Assembly (NCBI GenBank): GCA_030688545.1
Contig: JAUYHT010000006.1
Coordinates: forward strand, 90,001 to 122,000
Direction: 5' to 3'
From: Candidatus Iainarchaeum sp.
GTDB lineage: Archaea > Iainarchaeota > Iainarchaeia > Iainarchaeales > VGJJ01
DNA length: 32,000 nucleotides
Positions within the stretch are counted from its first letter, which is position 1. Each line of letters opens with the position of its first letter. The notes under the pieces are model-generated. The model had not been told where the DNA came from and searched no databases. It saw only the letters and a list, made by a program, of their open reading frames with translations. Of this stretch, positions 1 through 8,195 are shown piece after piece. The position numbers and the translations under genes were made by a program.

Positions 1-48
1 CCGCTCATTTCCAGGTTCATGCCCGCGTCCACGAAGTGATTTGGGGGT

Positions 49-819
49 TTAAAAATTGCCGAGAACGACTCGTTCTTGTTTTTCGGACCATTCAATTTCT
101 TCCATGCGCTTATTCATGTTTTCCTTGAATACTGGTTCCATTTTTTTATCGTAAAAATCAAGTACGGCTTTAGCGAGTGCTTCGGGGTCCTTGGGAGGAG
201 TTAGATATCCTTCCTTTCCATCCGTAATCCAATCCACGTTTCCCCCGACCGCGGTACAAATAACGGGCACCCCAAAACCCCAGGATAAAGGTATGATGGC
301 CGATTCGGAAATATTTAGGTACGGCATGACCACCACGTCCGCAGAATAAAACACACGCGCCCGGTCGTCGCCCGCCACATACCCTTCGCGGATGAGAATG
401 TGATCTTTCAGGTTGAGTTTTTCTATCTCGTCAAAATACTTTTGTCTATCTTTCCAGAAAACCCCTTGTATGACCAGTTTAGTATTGGGTTTGTCTTTCA
501 GTATGCGGGGCATAGCCCGTATGAGGTAAATCAATCCCTTGTAAGGGCGGATAAATCCAAAAAATAAAATTATGTCGTCTTTTACTCCCAACCATTCCCG
601 CGATTCTTTTTTGGAAAACACTTTGGCTTCGGACGCGGGATTGGAATACGGGGGTTCGATCCAGAACTCCACTTTCTTTCCGGGCAACTCCGCTTCCACC
701 ATTTTTTTGTCCGCACTGGACATGGCGCATAAGTAGTCGGCTTTATCCAGAAACTTTTTGGCCAATTCCTTGTGCAGTCCCGAGAAGGTTTTTCCATGGA
801 AAAATTCAACGAAGCCCAT
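49..819 (-). CDS. Glycosyltransferase GT4/GT-B family, C-terminal (donor-binding) Rossmann half encoded as its own ORF
   Basis: 256-aa ORF with a GT4-type C-terminal region ('ILFFGFIRPYKGL', 'ADVVVMPYLNISESAIIPLSWGFGVPVICTAVGG'). Its ATG shares base 819 with the TAA of the upstream N-terminal-half ORF (TAATG). A GGAGG lies 9 nt upstream of the ATG. Confidence 0.8.
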   Translation of the reverse strand: MGFVEFFHGKTFSGLHKELAKKFLDKADYLCAMSSADKKMVEAELPGKKVEFWIEPPYSNPASEAKVFSKKESREWLGVKDDIILFFGFIRPYKGLIYLIRAMPRILKDKPNTKLVIQGVFWKDRQKYFDEIEKLNLKDHILIREGYVAGDDRARVFYSADVVVMPYLNISESAIIPLSWGFGVPVICTAVGGNVDWITDGKEGYLTPPKDPEALAKAVLDFYDKKMEPVFKENMNKRMEEIEWSEKQERVVLGNF

Positions 820-1214
820 TATTCTTCCCCTCCCATGTGGGGGAAAACGTTCTGAAGAATAACACCTGTTTTAGTGTTCTTTTTGATACGGTTTTGGATG
901 TACCAAAAACAGGGCATCAAATAAGTAGTCCACCATTGAAAAAGAACTCGATCCGGTTTTTCTCTAATAATATAATCCGAAGCATCTTTCCACGTCAGGG
1001 GGTTGGTTCCATCCAACAGGGCCACGGTTTTGAAATTGGGATTTTCGCTGGCCCCTTTTTCATGAATGTCCTTGAACATGAAAGTGGGATAAATTTTCTT
1101 GAATGAGATAGCGGTAACATCATGTTTCTTCGCCAGATTCTGACACAACTGCGTACCGGAATGCGAAATTCCTCCTTTGAACGGGGCTACGGGTCCAATA
1201 ACAAATATTTTCAT
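819..1214 (-). CDS. Glycosyltransferase GT4/GT-B family, N-terminal (acceptor-side) Rossmann half encoded as its own ORF
   Basis: 131-aa ORF 'MKIFVIGPVAPFKGGISHSG...ILQNVFPHMGGEE', typical of a GT-B N-terminal domain (glycine-rich loop after beta1, 'NVFPH' block). It stops exactly where the C-terminal-half ORF begins. Confidence 0.7.
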   Translation of the reverse strand: MKIFVIGPVAPFKGGISHSGTQLCQNLAKKHDVTAISFKKIYPTFMFKDIHEKGASENPNFKTVALLDGTNPLTWKDASDYIIREKPDRVLFQWWTTYLMPCFWYIQNRIKKNTKTGVILQNVFPHMGGEE

Positions 1215-1473
1215 TTAGATTTACTCTTTGAGACGATTTATAACCATGACCCATCAGCCCAAATTCTATTTTATATATGGGGACATTCCATAAGGGAACA
1301 TGCCCACCCCTTTACGCTATCATGGATTCTCCCAGCGCAAACTCACCGAGAAATCCCCCACTGGAAAGCGCCGCCTGTCCCAAAAAGGAAAGAATCTTTT
1401 ATTAGGAAAACGGATCCGGGAGATCCGGCGAATCTTCAATTCCCCTAATCCTGTTTTGACGACCAATCCCAAT

Positions 1474-1914
1474 ATGGAAAAAGCCCGCACTCGGGTGTGG
1501 GAGGTATTTTCAGGTAAAAGACCCGCGATTGAGATATATGAGGCAATGCATGATGTCATTTTAGAGCAATTGAAAAGGAAACTCCTTTATCATCGGAACC
1601 TTGTAAATTTGATTAACTATTCAAAGAAGGTGTACGACCATTATTCGATCCATTTCAAAAATGAGAGGCAATTTGGATTGGCTCATGAGATGTTGAATAT
1701 CTACCGGCAACACAAAGAGATCGAATATTTATCTTTGGAAGGATTGCAGAAATTGGAGTACGCCCTCCGTGAGTCCACCCAATTAAAAAAAATGGTAGAA
1801 ACCGGGCAACTTAGGCAGAAGGATGCCAGACGGTTTATCGCGTTTATTCGTTCCGCTCCTCCACAGTCTTTTTTCCTTGAAGATCCCAAGTCGGCAGATA
1901 AAAATAAAATGTGA
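1474..1914 (+). CDS. Hypothetical protein, predicted all-helical, no recognisable family
   Basis: The ORF track gives 1300-1914. I prefer the internal ATG at 1474 ('MEKARTRVWEVF...') because the upstream 58 codons are low-complexity and basic. It is the only + strand gene between two - strand blocks. The start is uncertain. Confidence 0.45.
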   Translation: MEKARTRVWEVFSGKRPAIEIYEAMHDVILEQLKRKLLYHRNLVNLINYSKKVYDHYSIHFKNERQFGLAHEMLNIYRQHKEIEYLSLEGLQKLEYALRESTQLKKMVETGQLRQKDARRFIAFIRSAPPQSFFLEDPKSADKNKM

Positions 1915-1967
1915 TTCCTCAAGAAATGGAATGATTTCAATTCCAAATTAAAATAGTCGATTTATCC

Positions 1968-2687
1968 TTAATCAAGAATGCGTTCGATGGTGTATTTGAG
2001 GACTGGAGTCATTTTTCCCTTATTTCGATGGTAGAAGGCCCGCAGGGCCGTCGGGTTATTGGGAATGAGCATGAAATGAGTGGCTTCCCATGCTTCGCTT
2101 GGGGACGTTTTCAGCGAATATCCTTTGTCGGCATTCTTTGGATCGATGGGGCGGAAATGGTTGCGGATGAAGGACTCCGCATCCACCCCCAACTTGGCGG
2201 GCTGCACGACGTTGAGGCCAAGCCCTTCCGGTTCGAGTGTGATATGCGTACCCAATGGCTTTCCGAAGGTGAACTTTTTCCCAGTAACCCCTAACTCATC
2301 CCTCAATTCCTCTGTCACGTTTTGCCGAAGCATCTTGTTGGTGGCCCGGCGGGGTTTGGCATGAAATGGAACGCCCCCGATCATATGGTAATACCCGGGA
2401 TAGGTACGCACCTTCTCGCTGCGAAGGGCCAAAACGATATATTTCTCTCCGATAGTCAACCAGGTGGACTGTCCGAATGTGATGGGCACGTGTTCTGGGA
2501 TGGCGAGTACACCATGCCCGCGTGCTACAATTCTTTGGTAGTCGTCCCGTATCCGTTTCACGTCCGCCAATGCTTTAGGTTCCTTTTCCCGCAACCGTTT
2601 GAGGAAATTAATTATCCATTCGTAATTGGAGGGAATCATTTTAATTCTGATGGAGGAGGAACCGCCCCTCCCTTTTGCAAAACGCAC
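1968..2687 (-). CDS. Hypothetical protein with a degenerate Nudix-like box
   Basis: 239-aa ORF. 'YPGYYHMIGGVPFHAKPRRATNKMLRQNVTEELRDELGV' resembles the Nudix signature Gx5Ex7REUxEExGU, but with substitutions (RE->EE, EE->DE, first E->K). Start is either GTG 2687 (directly after an in-frame TAA) or ATG 2639. Neither has a clear SD. Confidence 0.4.
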   Translation of the reverse strand: MRFAKGRGGSSSIRIKMIPSNYEWIINFLKRLREKEPKALADVKRIRDDYQRIVARGHGVLAIPEHVPITFGQSTWLTIGEKYIVLALRSEKVRTYPGYYHMIGGVPFHAKPRRATNKMLRQNVTEELRDELGVTGKKFTFGKPLGTHITLEPEGLGLNVVQPAKLGVDAESFIRNHFRPIDPKNADKGYSLKTSPSEAWEATHFMLIPNNPTALRAFYHRNKGKMTPVLKYTIERILD

Positions 2688-2962
2688 CGACGTGGGTTAG
2701 AATATGGGTTTCCCCCGGGATACGGGATAGCCACGGGACAGATCAAGCGTCTTTCGTCCTCCGGTGCGTTTTCTCCCGGAGGTTATGCGGACGTGGGTCT
2801 TTCTCATCGTCATAGTTTTAAATCCATTAAAATCGTCGGGTTTGATGGGTTGATTGTTTAGGCACAGGAAGCCACCTGCCCATTTCACAATTTGGTATAA
2901 TTTAAGGTTAACTCCTGGGTTGTATACTTGACTCGTGATTCAAAAACTCAAAAAAAACCTAC

Positions 2963-3730
2963 TTAGATACGTTGGTATTTCGACGCGTATTTGGCGAAGA
3001 TGCTGTTCTCGAAGTGTTCCTGCATGTAGCGGGTGGTTTGGATGAGGTCGTCGAATGTCCCGGCATCGATCCACCCATTTTGGAGCTTGGTGGTGGCGAG
3101 GGTCTTCCGGGAGAGGTAGCCATTGTAAAGGTCAGTAGATTCCAATTCACCCCGCTGACTAGGTTTGAATGTGCGGATGAGATCGAACACGTGGGGGGTA
3201 AGCATGTACATCCCGGTCACCACCCACTGACTCGGAGGCTGGGGGGATTTCTCAATGAACTCTTTGACGTCTCCTTTCGCATCGAATGCCACAACGCCAC
3301 TCTTCTGCGCCGCCTCGGGAGTGGCCTCCACGAGCACAAGGCGACATTCCTCTTTCCCTTTGGCGAATGTCTGAACGTGCTCCCGCATACTGTCAAGGAG
3401 GATGTTGTCTCCATGGATGGAGACGAATTTTTCCTTGCCCACAAAGGGTTCGGCAATTGAAATGGCATGCGGGATCCCCCCCGGAAACATCTGCACGCGA
3501 TAGGTCAAGTCCACCCCAAATTCCCCCCCGTCCCCAAGCAAGTCGATTAACTCGGGCAGCGTGTCGGGACCCGATACCACAAGAATCTGGGTAATGCCCG
3601 CATCGATAAGGGTGTGCAGGGGGTAATATATCATGGGCCATTTGTAGATGGGAAGGAGGTGCTTGTTCGTCACTTTCGTCAGCGGACGCAGACGCGTTCC
3701 CGATCCGCCAGCGAGAATAACCCCTTTCAT
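2963..3730 (-). CDS. rmlA: Glucose-1-phosphate thymidylyltransferase-type sugar-1-phosphate nucleotidyltransferase (short form)
   Basis: 'MKGVILAGGSGTRLRPLTKVTNKHLLPIY' is the canonical GGxGTRLxPLT nucleotidyltransferase motif. The ATG at 3730 overlaps the rmlB stop as ATGA, so the ORF-track extension to 3823 was rejected. Nucleotide specificity cannot be read from sequence. Confidence 0.85.
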   Translation of the reverse strand: MKGVILAGGSGTRLRPLTKVTNKHLLPIYKWPMIYYPLHTLIDAGITQILVVSGPDTLPELIDLLGDGGEFGVDLTYRVQMFPGGIPHAISIAEPFVGKEKFVSIHGDNILLDSMREHVQTFAKGKEECRLVLVEATPEAAQKSGVVAFDAKGDVKEFIEKSPQPPSQWVVTGMYMLTPHVFDLIRTFKPSQRGELESTDLYNGYLSRKTLATTKLQNGWIDAGTFDDLIQTTRYMQEHFENSIFAKYASKYQRI

Positions 3731-4740
3731 GCGCGTTCTCCCACCTTTGCCATCGTATTGGGAACGAATGACGCTTTCGCCGTAAGCAGAGGCGTCCACC
3801 AGGAAGGATGAGCAACATACCAATCAATGGTTTCCTTAAGTTTCTGATCGAAAAGGGTATGCTGGGGCGTAAATCCCAATTCCTTTTGGATCTTGGTGAT
3901 GTCCAAACTGTACCGCCGATCATGACCGGGCCGATCCGGCACCGAGTGGATCATGTCTTCCTTCTTCCCCATGAGAGCAAGGATTTTCAGTGTCAATTCG
4001 CGGTTAGTCATCTCGGTTCCCCCACCGATGTTGTAGACTTCTCCTTTCTTCCCTTTCTCGCGCACCAATTCAATCCCAAGGCAGTGGTCAAGCACATAGA
4101 GCCAATCCCGCACATGCTGACCATCCCCATACAAAGGGACTTTTTGTCCATTGAGGAGCTTGATGACGAAAACCGGGATCACCTTATCGGGATACTGGTA
4201 GGGGCCGAAGTTATTAGAGCAGCGCGTGATGGAGACATCCAACCCATATGTTTCGGAATACGCATAAGCCAATCGTTCCCCCCCCGCTTTGGAAGCCGCA
4301 TAGGGATTGCGGGGATTCAGTAGGCTTTTTTCGGTGAAACTGCCTTCCAAAATATGTCCGTATACCTCATCGGTTGAAATGTTCACGAATTTTTTGGCAT
4401 CCTGTTTCCGCGCGGCCTCGAGCAAGGCATGCGTCCCCATCACATTTGTTTTGAGAAATAAAGATGGGTCCACGATTGCTTTATCCACTTGCGTTTCGGC
4501 CGCGAAATGCACCACCTGATCGCACCCATTTATGGCCTGATTCACTATTTCAGAATCGCCAATATCCCCATGGATAAAAATATACCGAGGGTCCTTCTCG
4601 ATATCCTGGAGGTTTTCCTGGCGCCCCGCGTAGGTGAGCTTATCGAGATTCACAATCTCATCGTCGGGATAGCTTTTCAGATGTTCCCGGATGAAATGAC
4701 TGCCGATGAAACCGCAGCCGCCCGTTACCAGTATGCGCAT
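3727..4740 (-). CDS. rmlB: dTDP-glucose 4,6-dehydratase
   Basis: 'MRILVTGGCGFIGSHF', 'HFAAETQVDKA', 'ISTDEVYG', 'YAASKAGGE', 'RCSNNFGPYQYPDKVIP', 'YGDGQHVRDWLYVLDH' and 'DRPGHDRRY' are all hallmark RmlB/RfbB blocks. I prefer the start at ATG 4740. Confidence 0.95.
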   Translation of the reverse strand: MRILVTGGCGFIGSHFIREHLKSYPDDEIVNLDKLTYAGRQENLQDIEKDPRYIFIHGDIGDSEIVNQAINGCDQVVHFAAETQVDKAIVDPSLFLKTNVMGTHALLEAARKQDAKKFVNISTDEVYGHILEGSFTEKSLLNPRNPYAASKAGGERLAYAYSETYGLDVSITRCSNNFGPYQYPDKVIPVFVIKLLNGQKVPLYGDGQHVRDWLYVLDHCLGIELVREKGKKGEVYNIGGGTEMTNRELTLKILALMGKKEDMIHSVPDRPGHDRRYSLDITKIQKELGFTPQHTLFDQKLKETIDWYVAHPSWWTPLLTAKASFVPNTMAKVGERA

Positions 4741-4883
4741 AGAAGGTCTCTCCCCGGATAGGTTCAAAAAGCATCCTCCCCAGAGCGCGTTATATAGGCT
4801 ATTGGTACAAGCCTCTCCTCTCTTGGGGGAGATTGGCTGGATGAGGGATTGCTTTTAATAGACCTTCTTGGCCCATCCTAGTG

Positions 4884-5912
4884 ATGCGCACGTCAGCCAC
4901 TCTTCGTTCACGTGAAAGAAACGACCTCCTTACCCCACCTAAAGGGCTGACGCTCGTCGTCATGATTCCAGCCTACAATGAGGAACACACCATTCACCAG
5001 GTCGTTGATTCCATTCCCCGCCAGATAAGAGGAATTGACGTGGTCATTCCCCTCGTCATTGATGATGGGAGCACCGATCATACGGCCACCCGGGCCACGG
5101 AAGCCGGGGCGGTCGTCGTCTCCAATGCCACTAACCAAGGGTTGGCCTATTCTTTCCGGAAAGGGGTGGATACCGCGCTCCAATTGGGTGCGGATATCAT
5201 CGTGAACACGGATGCTGACAACCAATATGATCAATCCCAAATCCCTGATCTGATCGAACCAATATTGCGTAAACGGGCCGACATGGTGTTAGGATCCCGG
5301 TTCAAGGGGCATATTGAACACATGTCATTCGGCAAGTATTGGGGGAACCGTCTGGCGACGTTGGCAGTGAACGTCGTATCGGGAGGGAATGTGAGTGATG
5401 GGCAAACGGGTTTTCGAGCCTTTTCCAGAGATGCCATCCTCCGGTTGAATGTGCTTTCCAATTTCACGTACACCCAGGAGACCATCCTGGAGGCAGTCGA
5501 CAAGAACCTGGCCATCGAGGAAGTTCCTATTACCTTTCGCAAGCGCGTGGACCACAACCGCCTCTTCGGGTCTATATGGACCTATGCCCGGCGCGCCAGC
5601 TCCACACTCATCATGGGAATGCTCCGCTACCACCCCATGCGCACCTTCTTCACCATAGGAGGCCTGGTTGTGCTCGCGGGGCTCCTTGTTGGAAGCCGGG
5701 TAATCCTCCAATTTATCGCCACCGGCGCAGTTGAACCCTTTCTCCCGAGCGCCGTCTTTACAGTATTATGCATCCTCTTGGGTGTTCAGCTCGTCTTAAT
5801 GGGTTTGGTTGGTGCGATGCTCAAACAGCAGCGCCAATTGATCGAATTACAGGTAGTAGAACAACGGAAAAATATTCACTCGCCTCTATTGGGAATGCGA
5901 ACAGATAAATAG
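4884..5912 (+). CDS. GT2 glycosyltransferase, polyprenyl-phosphate sugar synthase type (GtrB/DPM1/ArnC-like) with C-terminal TM helices
   Basis: 'VVMIPAYNEEHTI', 'VIDDGSTDHT', 'NTDADNQY', 'GSRF' and 'DGQTGFRAF', followed by two hydrophobic helices ('FFTIGGLVVLAGLLVG', 'VFTVLCILLGVQLVLMGLVGAM'). GTG 4881 and ATG 4884 are both possible starts. Confidence 0.85.
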   Translation: MRTSATLRSRERNDLLTPPKGLTLVVMIPAYNEEHTIHQVVDSIPRQIRGIDVVIPLVIDDGSTDHTATRATEAGAVVVSNATNQGLAYSFRKGVDTALQLGADIIVNTDADNQYDQSQIPDLIEPILRKRADMVLGSRFKGHIEHMSFGKYWGNRLATLAVNVVSGGNVSDGQTGFRAFSRDAILRLNVLSNFTYTQETILEAVDKNLAIEEVPITFRKRVDHNRLFGSIWTYARRASSTLIMGMLRYHPMRTFFTIGGLVVLAGLLVGSRVILQFIATGAVEPFLPSAVFTVLCILLGVQLVLMGLVGAMLKQQRQLIELQVVEQRKNIHSPLLGMRTDK

Positions 5913-5932
5913 GCGGATTCCCCCAGATATCC

Positions 5933-7504
5933 ATGGAACAAAACTCTCTCTGCTTGATTTCCCCTCCCTCCCGCGCCCATAGCACACGCCCTCCTTTGGG
6001 TTTGATGACCATCTTAGCCTATCTCGAAAAGAATGGGATCCGCACCGAACTGATCGATATCAAAGTGGATGACTTGAAAGTGGTGGAGTTGGGATCTCCC
6101 AGAGCCCAGGAAATAGAGAACCAGATTTTCGACAAGGTTAAACAACTCAAACCCCGCATGATCGGGTTGAGTGCCTATACGCATGAGGTCTCCTATATTA
6201 TCGATTTCGCTAAACGGTTGAAGGAGGTGTGGCCCACGACCATCATTGTGGGAGGTCAGCATGCGTCTTTGGCCCCTCAAGATTTCATTTTCGAAGACAG
6301 CCCAGTGGCATTTGCAGTAATCGGGGAGGGAGAAGAGACCTTTCGTGAGCTATGTCAAACAATCCTGGAGAATAAACCTTCTTCTACCTACGATCACATC
6401 CAGAGTCTCGCGTTCTGGGATGGAACAGTAATGAAAAAGACCCCACTTCGTCCTCTTATCGAACCACTGGATGAGGTTCCCATGCCAGCCTATGATCGGG
6501 TGGATATGGAATTTTATACGCGCCCTCATCCCTACGCCATCCGATACCTTCCCCTTTCCTCAATGTTCGTTTTCGCCAGTCGGGGATGCCCAGCCCGATG
6601 CACCTTCTGTGCCATTCCGTCTGTTTGGCGGTACAACGAGACCAAAAAACCAATTCGTTTCCGTTCTCCGAAAGCCGTGGTGGATGAGGTTGAACACTTG
6701 GTAAAGAAATACAAGGTAGATGCCATTTATTTCTATGATGACGATTTTTGTGTCTGGAAAGAACATGTGATAAAGATCTGCCAAGAATTCATCTCCCGCG
6801 GCCTTCCCTTCGTGTGGGGGTGTGAGACGCGCGTGGATAAAGTGGATGACGAATTAATGGGGTGGATGGCCAAAGCGGGGTGTATTCAGATTGACTTTGG
6901 GGTAGAATCGGGGTCACAAAAGATGCTGGATGCGGTCAACAAGAATTGTAAGGTGGCCGATATCCATACCGCTTTCGATTTATGTAAGAAATATGGCATT
7001 CGGACGTTCGCAAATATGATGTATAATCTTCCCGGCGAGACGGAGGAGGATGTGAAGGCTAATCAGGCACTCATCCAGACTATTCGCCCAACGACCGTTT
7101 CCTTCGGCCTCATGACCCCATATCCTGGAAGTGTCATCTACGATGAATTGTCGGATGGACCTGAGGATTACCACTATTTCAAGGATGCCGAGTGGGTGCT
7201 GCCCAAAAAATTTCAGGTGGCCAAACATGAGATGGATCTCAACAAACTGGTTTCCGAGGACAACATCCGGTACAATAGCCCATTAAGACAATTCGGAAAT
7301 ACCCCAGCGATGGTAAAAGTGTTAGCTCAGGTGATTAGAAGTCGCAGGAAGACTGATTATGCCATGGCAGTCGTCCGATTAGGAAAATTTTTCCTTTTCG
7401 ATCGCATTCCTCGGATGGTGGCCAAAAATGTTTCACCGTATGGAATTCTAGCCAAAAAGGAGGTCATTTCACCCGCATCCCCGACTGAATCCCCCGCTTC
7501 ATGA
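5933..7504 (+). CDS. B12-binding-domain radical SAM protein (RS1)
   Basis: N-terminal Rossmann-type cobalamin-binding domain ('TTIIVGGQHASLAP', 'AVIGEGEETF'). Radical SAM cluster motif 'RGCPARCTFC', then 'IRFRSPKAVVDEV' and 'VESGSQKMLD'. 523 aa. Confidence 0.9.
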   Translation: MEQNSLCLISPPSRAHSTRPPLGLMTILAYLEKNGIRTELIDIKVDDLKVVELGSPRAQEIENQIFDKVKQLKPRMIGLSAYTHEVSYIIDFAKRLKEVWPTTIIVGGQHASLAPQDFIFEDSPVAFAVIGEGEETFRELCQTILENKPSSTYDHIQSLAFWDGTVMKKTPLRPLIEPLDEVPMPAYDRVDMEFYTRPHPYAIRYLPLSSMFVFASRGCPARCTFCAIPSVWRYNETKKPIRFRSPKAVVDEVEHLVKKYKVDAIYFYDDDFCVWKEHVIKICQEFISRGLPFVWGCETRVDKVDDELMGWMAKAGCIQIDFGVESGSQKMLDAVNKNCKVADIHTAFDLCKKYGIRTFANMMYNLPGETEEDVKANQALIQTIRPTTVSFGLMTPYPGSVIYDELSDGPEDYHYFKDAEWVLPKKFQVAKHEMDLNKLVSEDNIRYNSPLRQFGNTPAMVKVLAQVIRSRRKTDYAMAVVRLGKFFLFDRIPRMVAKNVSPYGILAKKEVISPASPTESPAS

Positions 7505-7520
7505 AGGGAATGGGATGAGT

Positions 7521-8195
7521 TCATTTTTTTTCGACCGTGAAGGTGAATCCCGGAGCGAATAGGCTGGGAAATAAACGGCTCAACCATCGCGTGGTCAGGT
7601 TGAATGGCAGATGATAATAGAATAGATCCTCATACTCTCTTACTACCACGAAGCCTCCTTCTTCCAAGAATTTTCTAAATCCATCGCGTGTAAAAAAACG
7701 GACATGTGGAAAATCCCATTCTTCTGCTCCGGGGAACCAGCGTGACACGACCATGTTCCGACCGAATACTATTTGAACACGATCGAGGAGAGTAAATTGA
7801 TTGGGCACATGGGCGTATAATCGCCCTCCTCTCCGGAGGGTACGGTGGATCTCGTCCCGTAATCGATGGGGATGCACCAGATGTTCAAACACGTCTTTAC
7901 AAATGGCATTATCCAACGAAGCACTGTCTAAGGGGATCCTCCCTTCGAGGGAAGTCTGGATCGTCTTTAATCCTCTTTTTTGTGCCTTTATTAAAGCACT
8001 CTCTTGTTCATCAATCCCAATGACAATAAATCGGTCCACGAGCAGGCCTCCAGCGGCACCGCTGCCGCATCCGAAATCAGCGACATTTTTCCCATGCATC
8101 CCTGAAAACCATTCCTTAAGAGACGGTACTAGTTTCTGGGAGGCTCGTTCATCCCGTTCAATATGAGGGGCATATTCCTTCGGATCGAGCGACAT
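7521..8195 (-). CDS. Class I SAM-dependent methyltransferase (MT1)
   Basis: Motif I 'VADFGCGSGAAG', acidic post-I 'GIDEQ' and 'CKDVFEHLVHP'. 224 aa. Its ATG shares base 8195 with the TAA of the upstream GT4 (TAATG). It is convergent with RS1, with only 16 nt between the stops. Confidence 0.85.
   Translation of the reverse strand: MSLDPKEYAPHIERDERASQKLVPSLKEWFSGMHGKNVADFGCGSGAAGGLLVDRFIVIGIDEQESALIKAQKRGLKTIQTSLEGRIPLDSASLDNAICKDVFEHLVHPHRLRDEIHRTLRRGGRLYAHVPNQFTLLDRVQIVFGRNMVVSRWFPGAEEWDFPHVRFFTRDGFRKFLEEGGFVVVREYEDLFYYHLPFNLTTRWLSRLFPSLFAPGFTFTVEKK

Noticed and set aside
1-48. A possible start of another - strand gene at the extreme left edge (ATG at 20 reading out of the window).
   Set aside because: Fewer than 7 codons are visible, which is not enough to support any call.
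2697-2888. A 63-aa Arg/Lys-rich ORF as a real small basic protein.
   Set aside because: It has no SD, a composition-driven sequence, and no family resemblance. It is better discussed as part of the unusual spacer and in-frame-stop observation.
2322-4323. Long ORFs antisense to or overlapping real genes, for example 2322-2861 +, 2972-3460 +, 3393-3923 - and 3808-4323 +. Similar cases elsewhere include 26763-27302 +, 30793-31209 +, 30974-31390 + and 9370-9804 -.
   Set aside because: - They lie entirely within, or opposite to, ORFs with strong family signatures.
- Their products are low-complexity (Arg/Pro/Ser/Gly-rich) with no motifs.

These are typical shadow ORFs in moderately GC-rich coding DNA.
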